Assembly: GCA_949297975.1 (NCBI GenBank)
Contig: CASFUX010000134.1
Span: forward strand, 1 to 59,583
Length of the DNA: 59,583 nt
Direction of reading: 5' to 3'
Source of the DNA: an uncultured Bacteroidales bacterium
Lineage (GTDB): Bacteria > Bacteroidota > Bacteroidia > Bacteroidales > Paludibacteraceae
The notes beneath the pieces were generated by a model. That model did no database searches, was not told the origin of the DNA, and saw only the letters and a program-made list of their open reading frames with translations. Made by a program: the position numbers and the translations under genes. Shown piece by piece: positions 1 to 9,048 of the stretch (position 1 is its first letter; every line of letters starts with the position of its first letter).

Positions 1-1
1 C

Positions 2-1090
2 GTGCAGGCCGATGGCGTATATGCCTTGACGGCCGATTACTCGTCGGCAAGTGGCGGTGCGTTCCGCTTTTTTATCGATGGCGAGGATGTGAGCGGATCG
101 TTGCCCGTGGAGGCTACCGGTTCGTGGGCGGATTTTGTGGAAACGGAACTGCTTCACCTTCCGCTCAAGGGCGGCAGGCATATCATGCGAGCCATGATAG
201 ATCAGACGGGCATGAACGTGCGCAGCTACCGGTTCGACTTGGTAAAGGGGCAGGCGATGCCCACCGAGGTGTCCGCCGGTGACGACCGTGTGGTGCGCTT
301 GCCCGAGACAAGCATTGCGCTGACCGCCACCGCCGCTACGTATGGCGGGGCGCAAGTAGCGTCCTTTGCCTGGTCGCAGGCGGATGCAAACAGCCCCGTC
401 ACCCTGCGTGATGCCGACAAGGCCACGGTGCAGGTGTCCGGTTTGCAGGCGGGGACGTATGTGTTTGAGGTACGCGTGCAGGACACCGGGGGAGGCCTGG
501 CCACCGACAGGGTGACGGTAACCGTCATTCCGGGCAATTTTGCCCCGATTGTCAAGCTGAACGTCGGCAGCGTGACCCTCACCGCCGGACAGCTCGGGGC
601 TTCCCTGGAGTTAGATGGCAGTGCATCCTATGACCCGGACGGCACCATCGCCGCCTATCGCTGGGAGCAGGTCGACCACCACAACCGGCTGCAACTGACT
701 GATGCCGGACAAGGGAAGGTGGCCGTTTCCGGCTTTGAGGGCGACAAACTTTATGTGTTGCAGCTCACGGTGACGGATAATGAAGGCACGACGGCTTCCG
801 GGCAGGTGCGCATTTACACGGAAATGCCTTCGGGCTCAGCCGTTCCTGAGTTCAATAGACTGTCGGTCTATCCCAATCCCTTTGCCGACCGCCTCTGTGT
901 GAACCTGCCACGACAGGAGAAGTCCGGCACAGTGAAGCTCTATTCCGCTACCGGTGTGCTCATGATACAGCAGTCGGTGGACGGGTACTCGCCGCTTGTG
1001 CTGAACACATCCCGTTTGCCTCGCGGTTATTACATCCTTTCCTGTGAAGGCTTTGACGGGCAACGTTGTTCGGAAGTGGTTGTTAAATAA
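2..1090 (+). CDS. 5'-truncated T9SS-secreted carbohydrate-binding protein/glycanase: CBM6-like domain, two PKD/KIAA0319-like Ig domains, T9SS type A CTD
   Basis: CBM6-like ATGSWADF...G.H..R...MN motif; repeated 'AGDDRVVRLP...W.Q...G.YVF...V.D' and 'LDGSASYDPDG.I..Y.WEQ' PKD-like units; C-terminal VYPNPF...LYSATG...LPRGYYIL...VVVK. Confidence 0.8.
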   Translation: MQADGVYALTADYSSASGGAFRFFIDGEDVSGSLPVEATGSWADFVETELLHLPLKGGRHIMRAMIDQTGMNVRSYRFDLVKGQAMPTEVSAGDDRVVRLPETSIALTATAATYGGAQVASFAWSQADANSPVTLRDADKATVQVSGLQAGTYVFEVRVQDTGGGLATDRVTVTVIPGNFAPIVKLNVGSVTLTAGQLGASLELDGSASYDPDGTIAAYRWEQVDHHNRLQLTDAGQGKVAVSGFEGDKLYVLQLTVTDNEGTTASGQVRIYTEMPSGSAVPEFNRLSVYPNPFADRLCVNLPRQEKSGTVKLYSATGVLMIQQSVDGYSPLVLNTSRLPRGYYILSCEGFDGQRCSEVVVK

Positions 1091-1241
1091 CGCAAGTTTG
1101 GGACAAAACAACAATCCACTAACCACCTTGCCCCTAATCCCGCTTCCAGGGGAGAGGGGGATTGAGCATGTTTTCACGCCACTGTAGAGACAAAATGTGC
1201 CTTGTGGCCATAATCGCATTGTGCATGAGCCGTTTTTGGCT

Positions 1242-1343
1242 TTCGCTCAAAGGGGTACGGCCTTTTGCCCAAAGGGGTACGACCCTTTTGCCCAAAGGGG
1301 TATGGCGCTTTTGCCCAAAGGGGTACGACCTCTTTGCCCAAAG
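1242..1343. repeat. Tandem array A, about 4.3 units of (C)CCAAAGGGGTAYGRCCYTTTTG, period 22-23 bp, each unit an imperfect palindrome
   Basis: CAAAG anchors at 1248, 1270, 1293, 1316, 1339. Confidence 0.9.
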
Positions 1344-1682
1344 ATTGAGGTAACGTAAGTTTGGTATAAGAAAAAGCCTTTATATCGTTCCCGGGTGCGG
1401 TTTTCAACTTACTATAGTAAGTTTTGTCAGATGCCCGCATGACGAAGTGGCTGGTGTGAAAAGCACGGGGTGATGTTGCCGTTGGTATCTGTGTTAATCT
1501 GCGCCATCTGCGGGAAACACTTCCCTGTTTTTCCAAACTTTTGTCAAGGGTGAATAGCCGTCAAAATTATGTTGTACAGCATAGTTTTTAAAATGATATT
1601 GATTAATATATAGTTAGATGGCCTGTTGTTGAGTTGAAATGAAATTGAAACGAGCAGTTTGTGAGTTTTTGTGTAGAGAATT

Positions 1683-1716
1683 TTTGCTTGTCTTTTTGAG
1701 AAGCTGCCTATATTTG
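1683..1716 (+). promoter_or_regulatory. Bacteroidetes sigma-A promoter for the susC operon (-7 box TATATTTG at 1709-1716)
   Basis: TAnnTTTG match about 50 bp upstream of the susC start; TTTG/CTTG 18-22 bp upstream of it. Confidence 0.6.
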
Positions 1717-1763
1717 CAACGTTCAAAGCGAATAAAAACAGAATGATTTTTTACAAATAATAG

Positions 1764-4700
1764 ATGTACATGAAAAAAGGTTTTTTAGTAAGCTGCTTTA
1801 TCTTCCTCGCGCAGGTGCTGGCGTGGTCGCAATCGGGCGACTGGACGGTGTCCGGCGTAGTGATTGGAGAGGAAGACGGTTGGCCGGTCATCGGGGCCAA
1901 CATAATGGTGAAAGGAACGTCCACAGGGACGGTGACCGACTTGGACGGCAACTTTTCGTTGACCGTGCCGGCGGGTGCGACGATTGCCATATCTTATATG
2001 GGATATGAAACGTATGAACAGAAACTGACAGCCGACAACCAGACGCTCAACGTGTCGCTCAAGAGCGATGCCCTCATGTTGGACGAGGTGGTGGCCATCG
2101 GCTACGGTGTGATGAAGAAAAGCGACCTTACGGGGGCGGTAACTTCGGTGAAGGCCGACCAGTTGCAGAAAACCCCTGCCGCCGGGTTGGACCAGGCATT
2201 GCAAGGCCGCGCCGCCGGGGTGACGGTGAACTCCAACAGCGGGCAACCTGGGGCGGCGGCTACCATCCGCATCCGAGGTATCGGTTCGGCCATGGGGGGC
2301 AACGACCCGCTCTATGTGGTGGACGGGGTCATTACTTCGGATATCAGCTTCCTTAGCCCGAGCGACATCCAGTCCATGGAAATATTGAAAGATGCTTCGG
2401 CCACGGCCATTTACGGGTCGCGCGGTGCGAACGGCGTGGTGCTGGTCACGACCAAGTCGGGCACGAAGGGCAAGGCCAACATCTCCGTGGATGCCTATTG
2501 GGGGCTTCAGAACCGTTGGCGCAAGCTCGACTTGATGGGCAGCAAGGATATGGCTCTGACCAAGTTGCGTATCGATGCCATGCAGAACGGAGCGGACCAG
2601 CTGGCCTATTATATGAATAATGGTTTCAACGAATGGATGTCGGTGTATAATACGGGTAACTCCAAGTATTTCCCGGTGGTGCAGACCGCCCGCACGCCCA
2701 ACGGGCTGGACTATTCGGCCATCGAGACCGACTGGCAGGATGCGGTGTTCAACCCGAATGCGTTCATGCAGAATTATAACGTGTCCATCGACGGGGGTAA
2801 CGACCAGGGACATTATGCCTTCAGTGCCAGCTATTACTCGCAGGAAGGTACGATTATCGGGTCGGACTACGAACGCCTCACCCTGCGCTTCAACAGCGAT
2901 TACCAGGTGCGCGACTGGTTGAAGGTGGGCGAGCACCTGTCGTTCATGACTTCGCGCGGGCGCAATGCCATGAATAACAACAGCAGTCCCGGTGCTTCGG
3001 TTATCTCGGCTGCCCTCGCCATGGCTCCGTGGGATCCTGTGCGCTATCCCGAAGGGTCGGTGAACCCCGAAGGTACGGACTTGAGCGGGCAGATAGCCGC
3101 CTCATCCAATTTCAAGAACGTGACCAACCCCGTTTCCATGGTGGAACATAGTTACCCGCTGAACAACACCGAACGCTGGGTGGGCGACATTTACTTGGAA
3201 CTGACACCGATTGAACACCTCACGCTGCGTTCTTCGTTGAGCTTGGACTACTCGCTGGTGCGCAACCGCAACTTCAAGGATCAATACGAGCACTCCAGCT
3301 ACGACAAATCGGTGAAGAATTTCCTGTCGAGCGACATGACACGTTATTCCACCTTGCTGGAAGAAACCACGTTGACTTATGCCCGTGACTTCGGGCAGCA
3401 CAGCTTCTCCATCATGGGTGGTCAGACGGCGGAACAATACCTGTATTATGGTATTAGTGGCGCGGGTGCCAGTATCCTCAATCCCGAGGAACGTAACTGG
3501 TACTTGAGCAACACGACGGAAGACCGCACTTATGCCTCGGACACCAAGGGGCGCACGCGGCGGCTTTCGTTCCTCGGACGTGCCTATTATTCCTATGCCA
3601 GCCGGTACATGATTACGGTGAACTTCCGTGCCGACGCTTCGAGCAAGTTCACGGAAAATCCGTGGGGTTACTTCCCCTCCACCGCCTTGGCCTGGCGCAT
3701 CAGCGAAGAGCCTTGGATGGATGACTTCACCAATTTGGACAACCTGAAACTGCGCCTTGGTTGGGGGCGTGTAGGTAACGATGGAGTACCCGAAAGCTCG
3801 TTCATCACCACCATCGGCAGTTCGGCCGATGTGTTCTACGGATATCCTTTCGGCAACCCGCAGGCATTGCAGACGGGAGCCACGGTGCTTACCTATGCCA
3901 ACCGGGGCGGCCATTGGGAAACGAACGAACAGTGGAACGTGGGGGTAGATTTCGGCTTCTGGGGCGGCAAGCTGTCGGGTAGTGCCGACTACTTCCTGCG
4001 CGACACGAAGGATGCTTTGCTTTATGTGAACGCCCCCGCCCATGCCGGCAACCGCTACCAGCAGGTGCGCAACGTAGGGGTTATCCGCAATCAAGGGGTG
4101 GAAATCACCCTCGACCACCAGAACACCATTGGCAAGGTGAACTACTCCATCGGCGGTAACGTGTCGTTTATCAAGAATAAACTGACCGAGCTGAACGGTG
4201 GCTCGCCCCTCTATGGCGACCGCACCATTATCGATGAAGGATTGCCGCTCAACACGTTCTGGGGGTATGAGTACGAAGGGGTTTACCAGAGCGATGAAGA
4301 AGCCTTGGAACACCTGTGGGGTTACTCGGCTGAAGAAATAGGCGTACATGCCGGTGATGCCAAATACAAGGATTTGAACGGTGATGGCAAAATAGACGAC
4401 AACGACCGCACGAACATCGGCAATCCCTTCCCGTGGCTTACTTACGGGCTGAACCTCGGGGCGGAGTTCTACGGCTTCGATGTGCAGGTGTTCTTCCAGG
4501 GCGTGTACGGCAACCAGATATATAACGCCATGCGCGAACGCACCGAAGGAGCGGGCAGCGAGGCTACCCTCTCCACCTCCATGAGCAATGTGTGGGTGGG
4601 CTATACCGACCTGGTGCGCAATGCCATGCTGGCGCAGGGCGTGAACTGGATGGAAATGGAGAACCGCGATGGCACCATCCCGAACCCGCTCGGTTCGCCC

Positions 4701-4961
4701 AGCAACAAGGAGAACAGTTCGCGTCTTGTGGAGAGCGGGGCCTACTTCCGTCTGAAGAACGTACAGGTAGGTTATACCTTGCCCAAGGACCTCACGCAGA
4801 AAATCGGCATCAACCGTTGCCGCTTCTACGTGAGCGGCAGCAACCTCTTCACACTCACCAAGTACACGGGTTACGACCCTGAACTGGGCGTAGGCGGTGT
4901 GGACTATGGTAACTATCCGCAAAGTCGCACGGTGACTTTCGGTGTCAATCTTAACTTTTAA
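1764..4961 (+). CDS. susC: SusC/RagA-family TonB-dependent transporter
   Basis: CarboxypepD-like N-domain, EVVAIGYG, plug motif ILKDASATAIYGSRGANGVVLVTTK, C-terminal YPQSRTVTFGVNLNF; start may be ATG 1770. Confidence 0.95.
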   Translation: MYMKKGFLVSCFIFLAQVLAWSQSGDWTVSGVVIGEEDGWPVIGANIMVKGTSTGTVTDLDGNFSLTVPAGATIAISYMGYETYEQKLTADNQTLNVSLKSDALMLDEVVAIGYGVMKKSDLTGAVTSVKADQLQKTPAAGLDQALQGRAAGVTVNSNSGQPGAAATIRIRGIGSAMGGNDPLYVVDGVITSDISFLSPSDIQSMEILKDASATAIYGSRGANGVVLVTTKSGTKGKANISVDAYWGLQNRWRKLDLMGSKDMALTKLRIDAMQNGADQLAYYMNNGFNEWMSVYNTGNSKYFPVVQTARTPNGLDYSAIETDWQDAVFNPNAFMQNYNVSIDGGNDQGHYAFSASYYSQEGTIIGSDYERLTLRFNSDYQVRDWLKVGEHLSFMTSRGRNAMNNNSSPGASVISAALAMAPWDPVRYPEGSVNPEGTDLSGQIAASSNFKNVTNPVSMVEHSYPLNNTERWVGDIYLELTPIEHLTLRSSLSLDYSLVRNRNFKDQYEHSSYDKSVKNFLSSDMTRYSTLLEETTLTYARDFGQHSFSIMGGQTAEQYLYYGISGAGASILNPEERNWYLSNTTEDRTYASDTKGRTRRLSFLGRAYYSYASRYMITVNFRADASSKFTENPWGYFPSTALAWRISEEPWMDDFTNLDNLKLRLGWGRVGNDGVPESSFITTIGSSADVFYGYPFGNPQALQTGATVLTYANRGGHWETNEQWNVGVDFGFWGGKLSGSADYFLRDTKDALLYVNAPAHAGNRYQQVRNVGVIRNQGVEITLDHQNTIGKVNYSIGGNVSFIKNKLTELNGGSPLYGDRTIIDEGLPLNTFWGYEYEGVYQSDEEALEHLWGYSAEEIGVHAGDAKYKDLNGDGKIDDNDRTNIGNPFPWLTYGLNLGAEFYGFDVQVFFQGVYGNQIYNAMRERTEGAGSEATLSTSMSNVWVGYTDLVRNAMLAQGVNWMEMENRDGTIPNPLGSPSNKENSSRLVESGAYFRLKNVQVGYTLPKDLTQKIGINRCRFYVSGSNLFTLTKYTGYDPELGVGGVDYGNYPQSRTVTFGVNLNF

Positions 4962-4981
4962 CCGATAGGAGGAAAACGAAA

Positions 4982-6631
4982 ATGAGAAAAATGCAATATA
5001 GTTTGAAGAAACAAGTGGCGAAGCTCCTTTCTTTGCCGATGTTGCTTGCGCTGGCCTCGTGCAACGGTTGGATTAACGAACCGCAACCGGGCGTGACTGA
5101 GCTGGAGGACTTCTTCACTTCGGGTGAGGCTGCCAAACAAGTGGTCAATGCCGTGTATGTGCCCCTGGCATGGGAATATAACAGCACGTACTGCAACGAA
5201 TGGTTTATTGGCGACATCGTGAGCGATGATGCCCTCAAAGGCGGACAGAATACCACCGATATGGCCGATGCCTACGACATGGAGAACTGGAAAACCATCC
5301 CCAACAACGGCCTGCTGCTCGACTTCTACCGGGCGCAGTACCAGGGTGTGGGACGTGCCAACCTGGCGATTGCCCAGATAACCCCTATGGAATTGGACTC
5401 CACGCTTACCCAGCGCACCAAGACGCGCCTGCTGGCCGAAGCCCACTTCCTGCGGGCGTACTATTACTTCCGCCTCGTGCGGGTGTTCGGAGGTGTGCCC
5501 AAGGTGGACTTCGTGGTCGATAGCGACAGCAAATGGCAGCAGGAACGCGCCTCGGCCCGCGACATCTACGACTTCATCCTCTCTGACCTGGCCACGGCGC
5601 AGGCTGGGCTGTGGAAAAAAAGCGAATACCCTGCCACCGAGCTGGGACGTGCCACCAAGGGCGCGGCGCAGGCCATGCTGATGAAGGTGAACCTGTACAT
5701 GGCCGGGGCGGGCAACCTGGCGGGCACGGCAGCCAATGCCACCGAGTACTACCAGGCAGCCAAGGCATGGGGCGACTCCATCATTTCCTCGCAGGAATAT
5801 AGCCTGTGCCCCGACTATGCCGACAACTTCACGTTGGCAGGGGAAAATGGACCGGAATCTGTTTTTGAAATTCAATACATTGAGTTCCAAAACAGCGACT
5901 ATGGCGAAGGCTTCGGCTTTACCAACGGCACGTTTACCATTGTGCAGACGCGCTCGCGCTCCTCGAAAGCGGGAGGATGGGGCTTCAACAAGCCTACACA
6001 AAACCTCTACGATGAATACGAACCGGGCGACACGCGCCGTGACGTGACCATCTTGAACCCGCCCGACTCGATGATAGAAAATCCTTCGCAAGAAATATAC
6101 TTGGGCAGTCCCTATCTCAGTCGGAAATATGCGCTTTACAATGAAGACTTGGAAGGCGATTATACGCTCAATATGTACAAACTCGATCATGATACACGCG
6201 GTCCGCTCAACAACAAGCAAATCCGCTATGCCGACGTGCTGTTGATGTACGCAGAGGCCTGTCTGGGCTTGGGCGACGAGGGCACGGCTACCACCTACCT
6301 CAACCAGGTGCGCCAGCGTCCCAGCGTGAACCTGCCCACTTATCCCGGCTATGCCATTACCATCAATGGCAAGACCATCGATGCGCCTACCCTGGAGCAG
6401 GCCATCCGCCACGAACGCCGCATGGAACTGGCTATGGAGGGACACCGCTGGTTCGACCTCTGCCGCTGGGGCGTGGCCAAGGAAACGATGGATGCTTACA
6501 AGGCTACCGAGAGTACCGAAGCCCAAAGCCACATGGCCGAGTTCATCAAGGGCAAGCACGAGCTGTTCCCCATCCCCATGGAGGAAATAGACCTCAATCC
6601 CGTGATGGATCAGAACCCCGGGTATAATTAA
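4982..6631 (+). CDS. susD: SusD/RagB-family surface glycan-binding lipoprotein
   Basis: LASC lipobox; EAHFLRAYYYFRLVRVFGGVP, RYADVLLMYAEA, ERRMELAMEGHRWFDLCRWG, QNPGY; directly after susC. Confidence 0.95.
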   Translation: MRKMQYSLKKQVAKLLSLPMLLALASCNGWINEPQPGVTELEDFFTSGEAAKQVVNAVYVPLAWEYNSTYCNEWFIGDIVSDDALKGGQNTTDMADAYDMENWKTIPNNGLLLDFYRAQYQGVGRANLAIAQITPMELDSTLTQRTKTRLLAEAHFLRAYYYFRLVRVFGGVPKVDFVVDSDSKWQQERASARDIYDFILSDLATAQAGLWKKSEYPATELGRATKGAAQAMLMKVNLYMAGAGNLAGTAANATEYYQAAKAWGDSIISSQEYSLCPDYADNFTLAGENGPESVFEIQYIEFQNSDYGEGFGFTNGTFTIVQTRSRSSKAGGWGFNKPTQNLYDEYEPGDTRRDVTILNPPDSMIENPSQEIYLGSPYLSRKYALYNEDLEGDYTLNMYKLDHDTRGPLNNKQIRYADVLLMYAEACLGLGDEGTATTYLNQVRQRPSVNLPTYPGYAITINGKTIDAPTLEQAIRHERRMELAMEGHRWFDLCRWGVAKETMDAYKATESTEAQSHMAEFIKGKHELFPIPMEEIDLNPVMDQNPGYN

Positions 6632-6746
6632 TAATAGGTACGCCAAGACGCGGAGACGCGAAGAAAAAATCTTTCCGTCTTGGCGCACTCAAAGAAAAGC
6701 GAACAATCATCAACATTTCAATAACTATCTAAACAATTATCAAATT

Positions 6747-7763
6747 ATGAAAACCTACAAGTTTTTTGCGTGCGCATTGGCGGCAGCCGCCGTGCTCACG
6801 GGTTGCAACAAGAATGAAGAAACGGGCGTGCAGAGCGTAACGCTTGACCAAACGACCCTCACGGTGGAAGTAGGCCAGACGGCCCAGCTCACCGCCACGG
6901 TTACTCCCGAAGGGGCTGCCGAAGTGGTATGGAGTTCCGCCAATCCCGAAAACGCCACGGTTGACGCTACCGGCATGGTAACGGGCGTGGCCGAAGGCAA
7001 TGCCATCATCGTGGCCACCGCCGGTGACAAGACAGCCAACTGCATGGTGAAGGTGGTCGCCGAAGGCCAGGGCGAAGGCGGAGATGAACCCGGTGGCAAC
7101 ACGGGCGACTTGCATCCCTCATTGCAAGGAAGCGACTATTTCATCTTTCAAATGGATGAAATCACGATGGGAAAGATATCTTCCAAGGTACAGGCTGACT
7201 TCCGTGAAAACAAAACCACTCAATTCCTTTATATATGGGATGCAACTTATGTGGCAGGTGAAACCCAAGGCTTGAACTTCTATGGAGAACCCGAAGGCTG
7301 GGTAAGTCTTACGGTTAGTAGCGTGGGCTGGTCAGGCTTTGCTTACAGCATTGGTGGAGGTGGCGAAGGTGCCACGGGTACCGACTTCACGGGCATGAAT
7401 AAATTGGCCGACATAATGAATGCTCCCGAAGACTATTATTTCCACATTGCGTTGAAATCGACCAGTACCGGGTCGCATCTTTTGTTCTTTGACGGAACGG
7501 TAGGTAGTGGGAAAGCCTGCATAGGGTCAGCTTCCTTTACTGATGCTGGTGTAACTTATCAACCGGTAGCCGACTTTACTCGCGATGGTGCTTGGCATGA
7601 AATCGAAATCCCCATGTCTGATTTGTTAGATCAAGGACTGGTTTATGGCTCGGATAATTTGGAAGCCAAGAACTTGTTCGGCATGTTGAGTGGTGGTGTG
7701 CAAGGTACGAACATCCAGTACGATGCCGCTTTCATCTACAAGAAAGCCGCCACGGCTGAATAA
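6747..7763 (+). CDS. Lipoprotein with Big_2 Ig domain and putative glycan-binding C-domain (SGBP-B-like)
   Basis: LTGC lipobox; Big_2 motif (V.LD...L.V.VG....L.ATV.P...V.WSS.N...ATVD..G.VTGV.EG); aromatic-rich C-domain; position after susD. Confidence 0.7.
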   Translation: MKTYKFFACALAAAAVLTGCNKNEETGVQSVTLDQTTLTVEVGQTAQLTATVTPEGAAEVVWSSANPENATVDATGMVTGVAEGNAIIVATAGDKTANCMVKVVAEGQGEGGDEPGGNTGDLHPSLQGSDYFIFQMDEITMGKISSKVQADFRENKTTQFLYIWDATYVAGETQGLNFYGEPEGWVSLTVSSVGWSGFAYSIGGGGEGATGTDFTGMNKLADIMNAPEDYYFHIALKSTSTGSHLLFFDGTVGSGKACIGSASFTDAGVTYQPVADFTRDGAWHEIEIPMSDLLDQGLVYGSDNLEAKNLFGMLSGGVQGTNIQYDAAFIYKKAATAE

Positions 7764-7814
7764 AGGGAGCGCACAACCTCATAGCAAAAGCCCCCTTTAG
7801 GGGGTTGGGGGTTC

Positions 7815-7844
7815 ACCTGTCGGGGCTTGGTCGCCCCGGCAGGT
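7815..7844. other. Intra-operon GC-rich stem-loop, preceded by a CCCCCTTTAGGGGG palindrome (about 7788-7811)
   Basis: ACCTGTCGGGGC-loop-GCCCCGGCAGGT. Confidence 0.5.
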
Positions 7845-7878
7845 TCAAAAAACAAAACAGTACATATAATATTAAGGT

Positions 7879-8970
7879 ATGAGAAAGACAAGATTGTGGC
7901 AATGGCTGCTGGGTGCAGCTTGGATGTTGATAGTGGCGGGTTGCGCACAGGAAGAGGTGATCATCACCCTGGACCGCACCGTGATGCAACTGGAGGTGGG
8001 CGATGCGCAGGTGCTCACCGCCACCGTGGAACCCTCCACCGGCGAGAGCGTGGTGTGGGCAAGTTCGAACCCTGCCGTGGCTACCGTCACCGCCGGTGCC
8101 GTGGTGGCCGTGAGCGACGGGCGTGCCGAGATACGCGCCTCGGTGGACGATGCCGTGGCCGTGTGCGTGGTGTACGTCACCCAGCCGGGCGGTACCTATT
8201 GGGGCGAGTACGAACTGGTGTGGGAGGACAACTTCGACGGCACCGAGCTGAACGCCGACAACTGGAACATCGAGACCGGTGGCGGTGGCTGGGGCAACCA
8301 GGAAAAGCAGCACTATACCGATCGCCCGGAAAACCTGCGGGTGGAAGACGGCTGCCTCGTCATCGAAGCCCGCCGCGAGGATTACGGCGGTAACCAGTAC
8401 ACTTCCGCCCGCATTACCACGCAGGGCAAACAGGAGTTTGTCTATGGCAAGATGGAAGCCCGCATCTGCCTGCCCAAGGGTGGCGGTTTGTGGCCTGCCT
8501 TCTGGATGCTGGGCAACGGCAGCTGGCCCACCTGCGGTGAGATTGACATTTTGGAATACGTGGGCAACCGCCCCGGTACGGCACTCCACGCCCTGCACAC
8601 CCGCCAGCGTAACGGCATGACGGGCGGCAACTGGAACTACAGCTATCAGTACAAGGGAGAAGGTACGTTGGAAGGCGAGTTCCACGTGTTCGGCATCGAG
8701 TGGTTGAAGGACTACCAGTACGGGCGCGATGCCATCCGCTTCTACGTGGACGATGTGGTGACTGCTACCCAGTACGAGCAAAACGAGGCATTCAACTTCG
8801 AGCAATGGCCGTTCAGCGACGAATGGGACAACCCCTCGGAAAGGCAGTTCTATTTTATTCTGAACATGGCTGTGGGCGGCACGCTCGGCGGCAGCATCAA
8901 CCTCGACACGTTCAACAACCCCGTGCTGATGAAAGTGGACTGGGTACGGGTGTACCAGAAGAAAATGTAG
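7879..8970 (+). CDS. Lipoprotein Big_2 + GH16 (laminarinase-like) endo-beta-1,3-glucanase
   Basis: VAGC lipobox, Big_2 domain, LVWEDNFDG, TSARITT, GLWPAFWMLG, catalytic EIDILE, LNMAVGG, M.VDWVRVYQ. Confidence 0.9.
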   Translation: MRKTRLWQWLLGAAWMLIVAGCAQEEVIITLDRTVMQLEVGDAQVLTATVEPSTGESVVWASSNPAVATVTAGAVVAVSDGRAEIRASVDDAVAVCVVYVTQPGGTYWGEYELVWEDNFDGTELNADNWNIETGGGGWGNQEKQHYTDRPENLRVEDGCLVIEARREDYGGNQYTSARITTQGKQEFVYGKMEARICLPKGGGLWPAFWMLGNGSWPTCGEIDILEYVGNRPGTALHALHTRQRNGMTGGNWNYSYQYKGEGTLEGEFHVFGIEWLKDYQYGRDAIRFYVDDVVTATQYEQNEAFNFEQWPFSDEWDNPSERQFYFILNMAVGGTLGGSINLDTFNNPVLMKVDWVRVYQKKM

Positions 8971-8995
8971 AGACAAGGCATGCCTTGTCTCTACA
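8966..8995. repeat. GTAG-type REP-like perfect 30-bp palindrome overlapping the GH16 stop codon
   Basis: TGTAGAGACAAGGCA|TGCCTTGTCTCTACA; degenerate relatives near 1183, 40802 and 57103. Confidence 0.8.
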
Positions 8996-9048
8996 AACCA
9001 TCGCCCTGCAGTTTAATCACTAAACGTTAATCACTAATCGTTACCCCC

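Noticed and set aside
1785-6688. Long antisense ORFs (383, 606 and 576 aa; likewise 7813-8976, 10925-12433, 41617-43566, 50174-51697)
   Set aside because: Shadow frames of well-supported GC-rich genes, with no recognisable motifs.
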